From positions 23,060 to 87,059 of IMG/VR virus record IMGVR_UViG_3300036770_007034: a stretch of DNA of 64,000 nucleotides; one strand, written 5' to 3'. The notes under the pieces were generated by a model, which worked only from the letters and a program-made list of their open reading frames with translations, was not told the origin of the DNA and did no database searches. Within the stretch, counting starts at the first letter, position 1. Each line of letters starts with the position of its first letter. This DNA is from a virus. The position numbers and the translations under genes are program-made. Positions 31,613 to 40,722 of the stretch are shown here, in pieces.

Positions 31613-32820
31613 AAATACCCCACGATAAATTCTGTGTGTTGCCTTGGGTCAGCTTAGAGGCCAGTCCCATTGGTACAGTGAGACCTTGCTGTCTGGCCAT
31701 AGACGAGATAGTGGACGATCAAGGAGAAAAATTCCGCCTGGCAGGATCTTCGTTTGATGCCATACAGAACAGTCAGCACATGACTACCCTTCGGCAGGAG
31801 TTCCTTGATGGTAAACAGCCGCAGACTTGTCGCAGATGCTGGCAAGAAGAACGAGCTGGTCGCACATCAAAGCGTATGCATACATTAGATCGTCTCAAGC
31901 ATATGATAGATGATCGTCCATGGACCCAGGATGCCAAACCCTTGATGTTCTTAGATCTCAAGCTAGGCAACATCTGCAATCTCAAGTGCCGTATTTGCGG
32001 GTCGTGGTCTAGTTCTACATTCGCTACAGAAGAACTGAATTTTATCATCGATCGCGAAGAAAAGAAAACGAGTTTTCATTATCAGATGTTGCGTGATGGT
32101 GCTTGGCCCCGCAACAGCGATAACTTCTGGCATCAGCTAGATTCTGCCATGAGCGAAGTGCGCTACATTGAGTTCACTGGCGGCGAACCTTTTATGATCC
32201 GTGAGCACTTTGATCTTCTGCGCAGACTAGTGGATCGAGGATATGCGCATCAGATAGAAATACACTACAATACCAACGGCACACAGTACCCTGCTGAAGC
32301 CGAAGATATCTGGCGCCATTTCCGGCACGTGGAGATAGCATTCTCTATTGACGATGTGGGAGAGAGGTTTGAATACCAGCGTACCAATGCCGGCTGGGCG
32401 GAAGTGAATGAAAACATAGAACTCTTCCGTCGCATGAGATCACGCAATCGCAATATCACTCTGCAGGTGTGCTGTACAATCAACGTGTTCAATGTGATGT
32501 ATCTCGAAGATGTGGCTAACTGGATAGTCGAACAAGACTTTGATTTCATCTACTGGAACATGCTACATGATGCCTATTACTTCAGCATCGGAACTCTGCC
32601 AGAAAAGGCCAAACGTCTGGCCCAGCAGAGATTAGAACAAGCTCGCATACCAGAACAGTTCCGCGACGAATTTGCCAGGATCATTGACTTTATGAACAAC
32701 GGTGTGAGTCTAGATGGCAAGCTGTTGCGCATCAAAGCCCAAGACCTTGATTTCAAAAGGAAAGAGAGTCTGTCTACCGTGATGCCTGAACTGGCATCTT
32801 CCATAGACTATGAAGCCTGA
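31609..32820 (+). CDS. Radical SAM enzyme with N-terminal Twitch/SPASM-like cluster (4)
   Basis: CNLKCRIC and TGGEP; FCVLPW...PCC...CRRC. Confidence 0.9.
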   Translation: MKIPHDKFCVLPWVSLEASPIGTVRPCCLAIDEIVDDQGEKFRLAGSSFDAIQNSQHMTTLRQEFLDGKQPQTCRRCWQEERAGRTSKRMHTLDRLKHMIDDRPWTQDAKPLMFLDLKLGNICNLKCRICGSWSSSTFATEELNFIIDREEKKTSFHYQMLRDGAWPRNSDNFWHQLDSAMSEVRYIEFTGGEPFMIREHFDLLRRLVDRGYAHQIEIHYNTNGTQYPAEAEDIWRHFRHVEIAFSIDDVGERFEYQRTNAGWAEVNENIELFRRMRSRNRNITLQVCCTINVFNVMYLEDVANWIVEQDFDFIYWNMLHDAYYFSIGTLPEKAKRLAQQRLEQARIPEQFRDEFARIIDFMNNGVSLDGKLLRIKAQDLDFKRKESLSTVMPELASSIDYEA

Positions 32821-34105
32821 CACACTATGTATGGCTCCCTGGACTCACACTTATCTGAGTCCTCAGACCGAGCGCCGTATGTGCTGTGCCAGCCGCGAGC
32901 CTGCGCAGAACTTCCAGCAGTACATTGATACCAAGGCCGGCACGGGTCAATATATCCCCATCACCTTAGAAGAACATTGGAACGGCGATCACATGCGATC
33001 GGTGCGCAGGCGTATGATGGCAGGAGAGACTTTACCAGAGTGCGATGTGTGCAATAGTAAATTATTGAACACCGATGTGTACCGCAGTTATTTCAATGGG
33101 TTGTTTGGACACAAGTATGAAGAAGCCATGCGCCAGACCGATCTAGATGGGCGCACTGACATGAAGCCGGTGAGCTGGGACTATCGCTTCTCGAATCTCT
33201 GCAATTTCAAATGTCGTATGTGCGGCGATATGTTGAGCAGTAGTTGGGAAAGCGAACAGCGCCAACACAACATGATCAACTGGGCGGATCCCAAAAACAA
33301 TTGGATGATTCCGTCAGTGCGTCGTGAAATAAGTAAGTTCCAAGACACCCAGATCGAAGCTGAGTTTGCAGAAGCAGTGGAAGAACACCGTGTGGAAGAG
33401 ATCTACTGGGTAGGCGGAGAACCGCTAATGTATGAGCAACACTGGCGATACATGCGACGTATCGTCGAGCTGGGCGATGGACCAAGACTATATGCTAGAT
33501 ATAATACTAATCTCAGTCGCGTGGATTATCGTGGCGTCAATCTTTATAGTGATATCCTTCGACATGTTAGGGACTGGCAGATCTGCGCCAGTCTCGACGG
33601 CACAGGAGCCACAGGAGAATACATCCGTACTGGACTTGACTATGATCAATGGCGAGAAAACTTTGCCCGAGGACTGGACATATCCCGCCATCGTAGGCAG
33701 ATGCGCATCGACTTCACACTCACTCTACCTGGACTATTTGAAGTGGGAAGAATACAAGAACTCGCCGACGAATTCCAAGTCGACATCCTAGCCAAGGTGA
33801 TCTTTGCTTTCAGTCCAGATATCGTCATGAGTCCTTTGGCCTTGCCTAGGTCAGTGCTAGATCGCAAGATCGACGAAGTACTCCGATCAGTATCTAGTCC
33901 GGCACTGCGAGATGTATTGGTGCAACTGAAGAATCGTCCCACGTTTGAGGAACAATGGCCGGATCAATGGAAAGCAGGCTTGATCAAAGGAAAGCAACGC
34001 ATAAAAACTCTCGAAAGCATACGTTCAGATACATACACATTCGAAGATATAATAAAGGAAGATACAGACATCTATGAGTGGTGGCAAAATATTAGATCAG
34101 ATTGA
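32810..34105 (+). CDS. Radical SAM enzyme with N-terminal Twitch/SPASM-like cluster (5)
   Basis: CNFKCRMC and VGGEP; LCMAPW...MCC...CDVC. Confidence 0.9.
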   Translation: MKPDTLCMAPWTHTYLSPQTERRMCCASREPAQNFQQYIDTKAGTGQYIPITLEEHWNGDHMRSVRRRMMAGETLPECDVCNSKLLNTDVYRSYFNGLFGHKYEEAMRQTDLDGRTDMKPVSWDYRFSNLCNFKCRMCGDMLSSSWESEQRQHNMINWADPKNNWMIPSVRREISKFQDTQIEAEFAEAVEEHRVEEIYWVGGEPLMYEQHWRYMRRIVELGDGPRLYARYNTNLSRVDYRGVNLYSDILRHVRDWQICASLDGTGATGEYIRTGLDYDQWRENFARGLDISRHRRQMRIDFTLTLPGLFEVGRIQELADEFQVDILAKVIFAFSPDIVMSPLALPRSVLDRKIDEVLRSVSSPALRDVLVQLKNRPTFEEQWPDQWKAGLIKGKQRIKTLESIRSDTYTFEDIIKEDTDIYEWWQNIRSD

Positions 34106-35168
34106 GATCGAACTCAGGGATTTTGATACCAAATCAAAATCCAAGATCTATATCAATGTTTATGAAAACACTTTGTCAGAAAAGTGGCTGTCTTCTCTTG
34201 ATGTACTGCTGAAAAATCAGTACCATCTGGAAAAAAATTATTGTTTTTTTGGCTTCGCCGACAACAAAAGAGATGGCGAATATATCTTGGATGCTGTAAA
34301 TTCCAGCATCGACGCTATCAATCGGGCCGACATTGGCTACCACATCGACGATCATTTTGACTTGTCTACCACGCTGTATGATGGGCCCGTGGGGGAAGGT
34401 CTTCCTGGACTGAAACTCATCCATGATCGTATGAATTGGCTGCATAGGTATTTCGAAGATCTACAAGGAGTGAGCGGCCAGATATCTCAGTTCGCAAAAA
34501 AAGCTGATCCAGCAACACAATGGCACATCCGTCAACTCAATTTGTTGTGCCATGAGTTTGAATCCTGGGCACTGAGTTATAGGAACAAGATAGTGGCTCC
34601 GCAATGGCAACGACCCAGCCAACTGATGTGTTGGCTGAACGCCCCGAGATTTGTGTTAGAACAAGACGACTATGAATTATTTGGCATTGACACTATAAAC
34701 AGGCCGCTGGGCGGAGTATTTGTCGGCGTCAACAAAGCCATCGGTAAACACCACTGGGAAGTGTTCAATGACGAAGGACGCGACAGCAGGATAGATGAAT
34801 TGGTATCTACTACGCTGAGGAGCCAGACCGAAGCTGCCGGAGATTTTGACATCGAATGGGCAAACAATCCCGGCGAATTCAAATGGCAGAAAATCAAGAT
34901 CGCAGAATTCCGTCAGTGGCTGATAGACAACGGCTTCGACCCCGAAGACAAGAGCCTCACGATAGGTCATCCGCAAGTGGGGCAAGTCAACTTAGAGCGC
35001 AGTTTCAAAACCACAGATTACACGACCATATGGAACACGCTCAATCAACAGTTGGACGTATGGTCGATCAAGACCAGCAATAATTATGCGGTCTATGATT
35101 ATCATTGGAGCGACCCTGATTTTCAACAACGACAGATCGATATATTATCAAAAGGAAGACAATCATGA
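34074..35168 (+). CDS. Hypothetical protein of the radical SAM cluster
   Basis: 364-aa coupled ORF with NWLHRYFE and LNLLCHEFE His motifs; no family recognised. Confidence 0.65.
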   Translation: MSGGKILDQIEIELRDFDTKSKSKIYINVYENTLSEKWLSSLDVLLKNQYHLEKNYCFFGFADNKRDGEYILDAVNSSIDAINRADIGYHIDDHFDLSTTLYDGPVGEGLPGLKLIHDRMNWLHRYFEDLQGVSGQISQFAKKADPATQWHIRQLNLLCHEFESWALSYRNKIVAPQWQRPSQLMCWLNAPRFVLEQDDYELFGIDTINRPLGGVFVGVNKAIGKHHWEVFNDEGRDSRIDELVSTTLRSQTEAAGDFDIEWANNPGEFKWQKIKIAEFRQWLIDNGFDPEDKSLTIGHPQVGQVNLERSFKTTDYTTIWNTLNQQLDVWSIKTSNNYAVYDYHWSDPDFQQRQIDILSKGRQS

Positions 35169-35266
35169 AATGGATACGCAATCTTATAAACAAAATCAAG
35201 TTAGAAATACGCTATCGCAAGAAGCTAAAAGAACTGCGCAAACGAGATCCTTTTATCTATAAATGA
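35165..35266 (+). CDS. Small basic 33-aa peptide ending RDPFIYK, not in the ORF track
   Basis: AAAGGAAG SD; ATGA overlaps at both ends; MKWIRNLINKIKLEIRYRKKLKELRKRDPFIYK. Confidence 0.75.
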   Translation: MKWIRNLINKIKLEIRYRKKLKELRKRDPFIYK

Positions 35267-36747
35267 AACACATACTAGGTATCAGTGCTGGGTTCCATGA
35301 CGCGGCTGTGAGTGTGGTACGCGAAGATGGAGAGATCGTTTTCGCTGGGCATTCTGAACGCTACAGCAAGATCAAGAATGATCCCACGATACATCCTGAT
35401 CTCTTGAAGGAATGTTGCGATTATGAGTTTGACACCGTGGCGTTCTACGAGCGTCCGTGGATGCACAACTATCAGCAATGGCGTAGTGGACAAAAGGCCT
35501 ATGGTTCCTGGACTACCCGCCAAGCTATCCGTCAGCATCTAGGCGAGTGGTATCAACATCCTGCACGCCGAGAAGTCAGCTTCCGGCATCATCTCAGCCA
35601 TGCTGCCGCAGGATTCCAGACGAGTACATTTGACAATGCCGCTGTTGTAGTGATCGATGCCATTGGAGAGATGGATACTATCTCCATCTATTCTGCCGGA
35701 TACTCACACGACGGCAACGCTCAATATAATCTCGTATGGCGTCAAGGATACCCACACAGCATTGGGTTGTTTTACTCAGCGATAACAAAAGCCGTGGGAC
35801 TCAAACCCATGGAGGAAGAATACATCACCATGGGCATGGCTGCTTATGGTACCGACCTTGGCACTGCCTGGATGCGAGATCAGTTTGTCGAGGATGTTGA
35901 AACAGCCCGGTTCAAACAAAACTTGCACATCGGATTTGACGAATACGATCTGAGTTTCACCCATGCCGAAGACATTGCCGCGTCTGCACAAAGACTCACA
36001 GAAGAGCTGATCATGAACATCATACGTCGAGCCAGGCAAATGATCAACAGCGACAATCTCGTCTACATGGGAGGTGTAGCACTCAACTGTGTAGCGAACA
36101 CTAGACTAGGACAGATATATGACAAAATATGGATCATGCCGAACCCGGGCGATGCGGGTTCCAGCCTTGGCGCAGCCGCGCTGGCTTACAGGAAACGGCT
36201 TTGCTGGCGCGATGCTTTTCTTGGCCACGATATTGCTGGCCCTTACCCTGTTCGCGACATTCTTGATCGTCTTATTACCCATCGCATTGTTGGTGTGGCT
36301 AGTGGGCGTAGTGAATTCGGTCCACGAGCACTTGGAAACCGAAGTTTATTGGCCGATCCCCGAGGACCAGACATCAAAGATCGAGTCAACGAAATCAAAA
36401 GACGACAAAAATTCCGTCCCTTCGCACCCGTCATACTAGAAGAAGTGGCTGATGATTATTTTGAAATGCCCCAAGGTTGGGCACGTAGTGATTACATGCA
36501 GATGGTAGCCAGAGTACGCAGACCGGATCTTTATCCTGCTATCACACATGCAGATGGTACAGCCCGAGTACAGACCGTCCCTCCAGGAGATAGTGGTATC
36601 CGTAGATTACTCGAAGAGTGGTATGTACTGACAGGATGTCCAATGTTGCTCAATACTTCGTTGAACATTCGAGGCGAACCCATGGTCGATGATCGTGCTG
36701 ATGCTGATCGATTTGAAAAACTATATGGCGTGGCCGTCTGTAGCTAA
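35263..36747 (+). CDS. O-carbamoyltransferase, NodU/CmcH/TobZ family
   Basis: GISAGFHDAA, HHLSHAA, GGVALNCVAN, EFGPRALGNRS, FRPFAP, H-x-DGTARVQ and LLNTSLN. Confidence 0.95.
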   Translation: MKHILGISAGFHDAAVSVVREDGEIVFAGHSERYSKIKNDPTIHPDLLKECCDYEFDTVAFYERPWMHNYQQWRSGQKAYGSWTTRQAIRQHLGEWYQHPARREVSFRHHLSHAAAGFQTSTFDNAAVVVIDAIGEMDTISIYSAGYSHDGNAQYNLVWRQGYPHSIGLFYSAITKAVGLKPMEEEYITMGMAAYGTDLGTAWMRDQFVEDVETARFKQNLHIGFDEYDLSFTHAEDIAASAQRLTEELIMNIIRRARQMINSDNLVYMGGVALNCVANTRLGQIYDKIWIMPNPGDAGSSLGAAALAYRKRLCWRDAFLGHDIAGPYPVRDILDRLITHRIVGVASGRSEFGPRALGNRSLLADPRGPDIKDRVNEIKRRQKFRPFAPVILEEVADDYFEMPQGWARSDYMQMVARVRRPDLYPAITHADGTARVQTVPPGDSGIRRLLEEWYVLTGCPMLLNTSLNIRGEPMVDDRADADRFEKLYGVAVCS

Positions 36748-37476
36748 TTGTTTTTCTGTCAGATACGGAATAAGATAATCCCGAGTCCAATGCAAGTATC
36801 CTGCAGGATTAGGATGACCATCGATTTCTTGCATGTTTGATGCCCTAGCAACATCGCCTAAATAATCAATTTTGTCGATCATGGATTTTATGTTGGCACC
36901 GATAGAAACTTGACATAGATCTGGTGTAGGATCCATCCAGCTAGTAAAAATAAATTGGAATTTTTTCTGCTTCAAGTAAGATTCTAGTGCGATAATTTTC
37001 AAACAACTTTCATATATCTGAGCTGTTGGGGAAATAATTTTTTTGTACTGACGACAAAGTTTATCTATTTCCGAATTACCGTCGACTTGATTGAAGATAG
37101 ACATAGTCGACCATACATCGTCGAACCTATAAGCTCCCATATGATGCCAATCATGTACTATTTCTTTTTCAGTGATCACATCTGTTCTTGTAAGGCCAGA
37201 CCACATCACGATTACTAGAGTATCATCGGGGTTGATTTCACGATTAGTTTCAATTTCATTGATTACGCTATTGAAGATGTGATTGCTTCCGGCTCCGCTT
37301 TGGCTGCAATCATATACTTCGTCAAAGTTTGCTAAGTCTCTAAGATAGTAGGGCCAACTGCAAGCCACTGAATCATGATTATTGAAAGTAAAACTACATC
37401 CACTGACCAAAAGTTTTCTATACTTTGATTGATGGGTCGGTGCGAAGTCTCTCTGAATAATTCTTTTTTTCGCCAT
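36721..37476 (-). CDS. SGNH/GDSL hydrolase-like protein
   Basis: LLVSGCSFT, QSGAGSN, VMWS and C-terminal DGHPN; start at MAKKR. Confidence 0.6.
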   Translation of the reverse strand: MAKKRIIQRDFAPTHQSKYRKLLVSGCSFTFNNHDSVACSWPYYLRDLANFDEVYDCSQSGAGSNHIFNSVINEIETNREINPDDTLVIVMWSGLTRTDVITEKEIVHDWHHMGAYRFDDVWSTMSIFNQVDGNSEIDKLCRQYKKIISPTAQIYESCLKIIALESYLKQKKFQFIFTSWMDPTPDLCQVSIGANIKSMIDKIDYLGDVARASNMQEIDGHPNPAGYLHWTRDYLIPYLTEKQLATDGHAI

Positions 37477-38504
37477 TATAGATAAGACTCTAAACCACCG
37501 CGTCGTCTGACGTCTTGGGTGCAACAACTGATACCGCCGTCCCAGAAATAACTGTGCCGCAGTTCGCAGATGATGGGCTCTATCTTGTGCTTTTTACAGA
37601 ATTCAAAAACATCTCGATTATAAGCACTGAAAATCACATTCTGCTCATCTAGCACTAGGCAGTTGACATCAAACACTGTTTCAGAAACAAAACCTGTCCA
37701 TTTATTGAGATAGGTATCAACAAACTCGGCGAATTGTGGAGTAGGTGTCTGTCCTTGTACATACCATCGACCGTTGAAGTTTTCTTCTTTGAACTTACCT
37801 ACTTCCATGGCTGCCCATATACTCGAATCCCAAATCTTCAATACTTCCCATCCGGGAAAGTCTGCGGCAAGATCTAGATTCACATCGTGTTTGCTGGACA
37901 GGATTACACCGGGTTTGAGGATGGCAAACACCGCATCTCCATGTCCATCTGTGACTGCTTCATGTATGCGATACTCGGGTCCGAGCACATTGTCTACTAT
38001 CCAGCGACTCTGATCCGGGCGCAAAAATTCACTGTTGTCAAAAAATACATCTCTGCCAACTCTGACTATGCAACTGGCACTGGCCCCATTTAGAATACAA
38101 TCAGCATCGTAGTCATCTCCATGCGGACTGATCACTGAATCGCCGTAGGATGAGCAGATGTCATTGAGTTCTGACACTGGCAAGACTCTTAGGAGTTTTT
38201 GTCCCAGTGTTATCTGCCAATCTCTCGGAGTCAACGGAGGCAGAGGTGCCTCATGTCCTTGGGTCTGCCATTCTTGGAATTGATGGATATCCGGCAAAAA
38301 AGGTCTACGCACCACAGATCCGTATGACTCTATGGTCTTTTGTAAGTTATCGAGATCTTCGGCGGTCTCGGATAGTATCTGCTGTAGCTGATTCTTGACC
38401 TGTGCATCATTGATGAAATCAAAATACTCGGGCTCGTAAGCACGTCCTACGATAACTTCTTCCAATGGTTGCCAGCTGGTATAACTGTTTACGATATTTT
38501 GCAT
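37476..38504 (-). CDS. Amidinotransferase (glycine/inosamine-phosphate amidinotransferase family)
   Basis: VNSYTSWQPLEEVIVG, TPRD, GHGD, FDVN and C-terminal GGISCCT carrying the catalytic Cys. Confidence 0.85.
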   Translation of the reverse strand: MQNIVNSYTSWQPLEEVIVGRAYEPEYFDFINDAQVKNQLQQILSETAEDLDNLQKTIESYGSVVRRPFLPDIHQFQEWQTQGHEAPLPPLTPRDWQITLGQKLLRVLPVSELNDICSSYGDSVISPHGDDYDADCILNGASASCIVRVGRDVFFDNSEFLRPDQSRWIVDNVLGPEYRIHEAVTDGHGDAVFAILKPGVILSSKHDVNLDLAADFPGWEVLKIWDSSIWAAMEVGKFKEENFNGRWYVQGQTPTPQFAEFVDTYLNKWTGFVSETVFDVNCLVLDEQNVIFSAYNRDVFEFCKKHKIEPIICELRHSYFWDGGISCCTQDVRRRGGLESYL

Positions 38505-39679
38505 GATTGTTGTATTCTGTTGAGCAAGGTACTTAACCTATCTATCTTGGATGCCATGAATAATTCTTGATTCCATATGAGATCACTTCGGCAGCTGAGA
38601 TACATCTGGTGGAGATTAGTCGCGCATAATCTTTCTACTTCTAAACAAGCTCGATTCCAGCGCTCTGTGGTATTTTCTATCTGATCATAACTGTGATCAA
38701 TCACATGATCGAATGTTCTGTATCCCATGTTTCGTAATTGTTGTATACTACCTGCAGCTCCGACAAGAACGAAAGGCTGACAATGCTTGATAGGTTTGAA
38801 TGTCTTTTCTGTGAGGAACACTCCGCCACTTTGATCTACATCCATATGAGTTTCTATTACTACATTGAGATAACTGTCCGAGAAATGTTTGTCTACAGTA
38901 CTGGCATAAAGGTTATGCGTAGTACTATCTAGATCATCAGCATGGAATGGACAACTCTTCAAAAACTCTTTGGTAATGGATCGTAAATCTCCGAAGCTAT
39001 CGACTTCTATAGGATTGTCATCTTCGGGTTCTCCCACAGCGATATTGGGATTATAAGAGAAATAACTGTGTTGATGTAATCCAAGATACCAGAATCTCGC
39101 CATGGTTGTGGCTCTCCACCATTTGTGTGTTCTTACTAACGCAGTGAAATGGCGACTCCGAAGATTTTCGTGATAGTCCAATGCTGGACTTTTATTGCGT
39201 AGTTGATATAGGAATTCGTCATCAACAAAATGTGTGAACCCAGTGATAGATGAAGCCGCGCTGTTGGCGCTGGTAAATTGTATCATCTTAGGATCTATTT
39301 CGTGTTGCTGACATAATTGATCGAGATGCTCTCGTATGCGTTGAGGATTATCACCTTCGCTGTAAAAAAACCAAACAGTAAGACTCTTCGACCTAAGTTT
39401 TTCTTTGATCATAGTAGGCATGATAGAAAACCAATCAACCTCAAAATCAAAGTAACTGATGCTGATAGGATATAAAGTATGTCGGTCGGCCTGTGTCCAA
39501 TCAACAAACTGATATTCTATTCCGCACCGATCAAGATATTCAAAAAAATGCACAGGTTCGCTGAATGGCCAGTTGACGCTGAACTGTCTCCACTCGGGGG
39601 TGTAAGGTCTAGCCTCCCATCGAGCGAGGTTGGGGTAAGGACGTCCGTCTACAAATCGATCTATACAAAACTTTACCAC
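38489..39679 (-). CDS. Glycosyltransferase-like protein (TEK family), paralogue 3
   Basis: NVVIETH...FLTEKTFKPIKHCQPFVLVG...LRNMGYRTFDHVIDHSYD. Confidence 0.5.
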   Translation of the reverse strand: MVKFCIDRFVDGRPYPNLARWEARPYTPEWRQFSVNWPFSEPVHFFEYLDRCGIEYQFVDWTQADRHTLYPISISYFDFEVDWFSIMPTMIKEKLRSKSLTVWFFYSEGDNPQRIREHLDQLCQQHEIDPKMIQFTSANSAASSITGFTHFVDDEFLYQLRNKSPALDYHENLRSRHFTALVRTHKWWRATTMARFWYLGLHQHSYFSYNPNIAVGEPEDDNPIEVDSFGDLRSITKEFLKSCPFHADDLDSTTHNLYASTVDKHFSDSYLNVVIETHMDVDQSGGVFLTEKTFKPIKHCQPFVLVGAAGSIQQLRNMGYRTFDHVIDHSYDQIENTTERWNRACLEVERLCATNLHQMYLSCRSDLIWNQELFMASKIDRLSTLLNRIQQSCKIS

Positions 39680-40722
39680 GACATTGCCATAGTTGATAAT
39701 TCATTCCACAAGAGATCTTCAAATCCTTGTCCGTAAAACCATTGGAAATTATGTTCGACTATAGGGACAAGATGTCTATGTAATTGTTGTTTTTCTTTTT
39801 GGGTCATATTGTGTAAATCACTCAACAATTTTCCTATACGCATAATCCTAGCATCGTCGTTGTATTCGTCGTAGTCTTCGTTCCAAAATTCTCCAAATGT
39901 ACGAAATCCGTAGCTTCTAAGATACTCCAGGCTTCCTTGACATGACACCAACACAAAAGGTTGTTGCATCACGATCGGCTTGAACGTTTTTTCTGTGAGG
40001 TGATGACGCCGACCTTGATACACAGTTTCTGTTACTACATGTAGCAGACTTTGATTGGCCAAAGACCACATGTCAACTTGGTGACTGTTTCCAGCATGAT
40101 GCGCTCCATGATCAATCACTAATGGCAATTCTACATGTCCTAGTGGAATATCGTACTCTACACAGAGATCTCTCACATCGCGATTCTCATAAGGGCACAC
40201 CGAAGGAAAACTAATCAAGTTATCTTCAACGAGTTCTCGATCTACTAACTCGTTTAGTAGTTCTAATCTATGCCGTCTTTTTCCTCCGATGATGTTGTTG
40301 GGACAAAGGAATGTGTATTCTGGTATTCGATCTCGGAACTGAGTATAAGTCAAGATACGATTATATCCTCGATACCAGTCTAGACAAGCCCATCCGTGGA
40401 AAAAATAATATTCACTATCCCATCCGTATCTTTCACACACTGCATCAACAAATTCACTGTTTTTTTCGCTTGTGACCAATGTAGTACGACGACTACGGAA
40501 TGTGTCAGCAAAACGATCTAGCGTATCGCGATGCACATCGAGATGTATGGGTTCTTGATCCCAGAACAAAAAGTTCCGCGACATCTCTTCAATATAGGGC
40601 AGTTGGCACAGCGATTCAAAGTCAGTACGACCAAAAGGATCAAAAAAATGGCTGCATTGGCCAGGTCGAGATTGTATTAGTGGAACAAAAATGTTACTAT
40701 ATATTTCATCGATACGAATCAT
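39673..40722 (-). CDS. Glycosyltransferase-like protein (TEK family), paralogue 4
   Basis: HVVTETVY...HLTEKTFKPIVMQQPFVLV...LRSYGFRTFGEFWNEDYD. Confidence 0.5.
   Translation of the reverse strand: MIRIDEIYSNIFVPLIQSRPGQCSHFFDPFGRTDFESLCQLPYIEEMSRNFLFWDQEPIHLDVHRDTLDRFADTFRSRRTTLVTSEKNSEFVDAVCERYGWDSEYYFFHGWACLDWYRGYNRILTYTQFRDRIPEYTFLCPNNIIGGKRRHRLELLNELVDRELVEDNLISFPSVCPYENRDVRDLCVEYDIPLGHVELPLVIDHGAHHAGNSHQVDMWSLANQSLLHVVTETVYQGRRHHLTEKTFKPIVMQQPFVLVSCQGSLEYLRSYGFRTFGEFWNEDYDEYNDDARIMRIGKLLSDLHNMTQKEKQQLHRHLVPIVEHNFQWFYGQGFEDLLWNELSTMAMSW

Noticed and set aside
26530-35266. RiPP interpretation of the radical SAM array
   Set aside because: There is no evident precursor with a leader/core pattern, RRE/PqqD domain, peptidase or exporter, and the context is sugar-modifying enzymes. 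It is not excluded, but it is unsupported.
35263-38504. Saxitoxin-like cluster (sxtI/sxtG-like genes)
   Set aside because: No SxtA-like PKS/AONS or other core sxt genes are present; these enzyme families are widespread.
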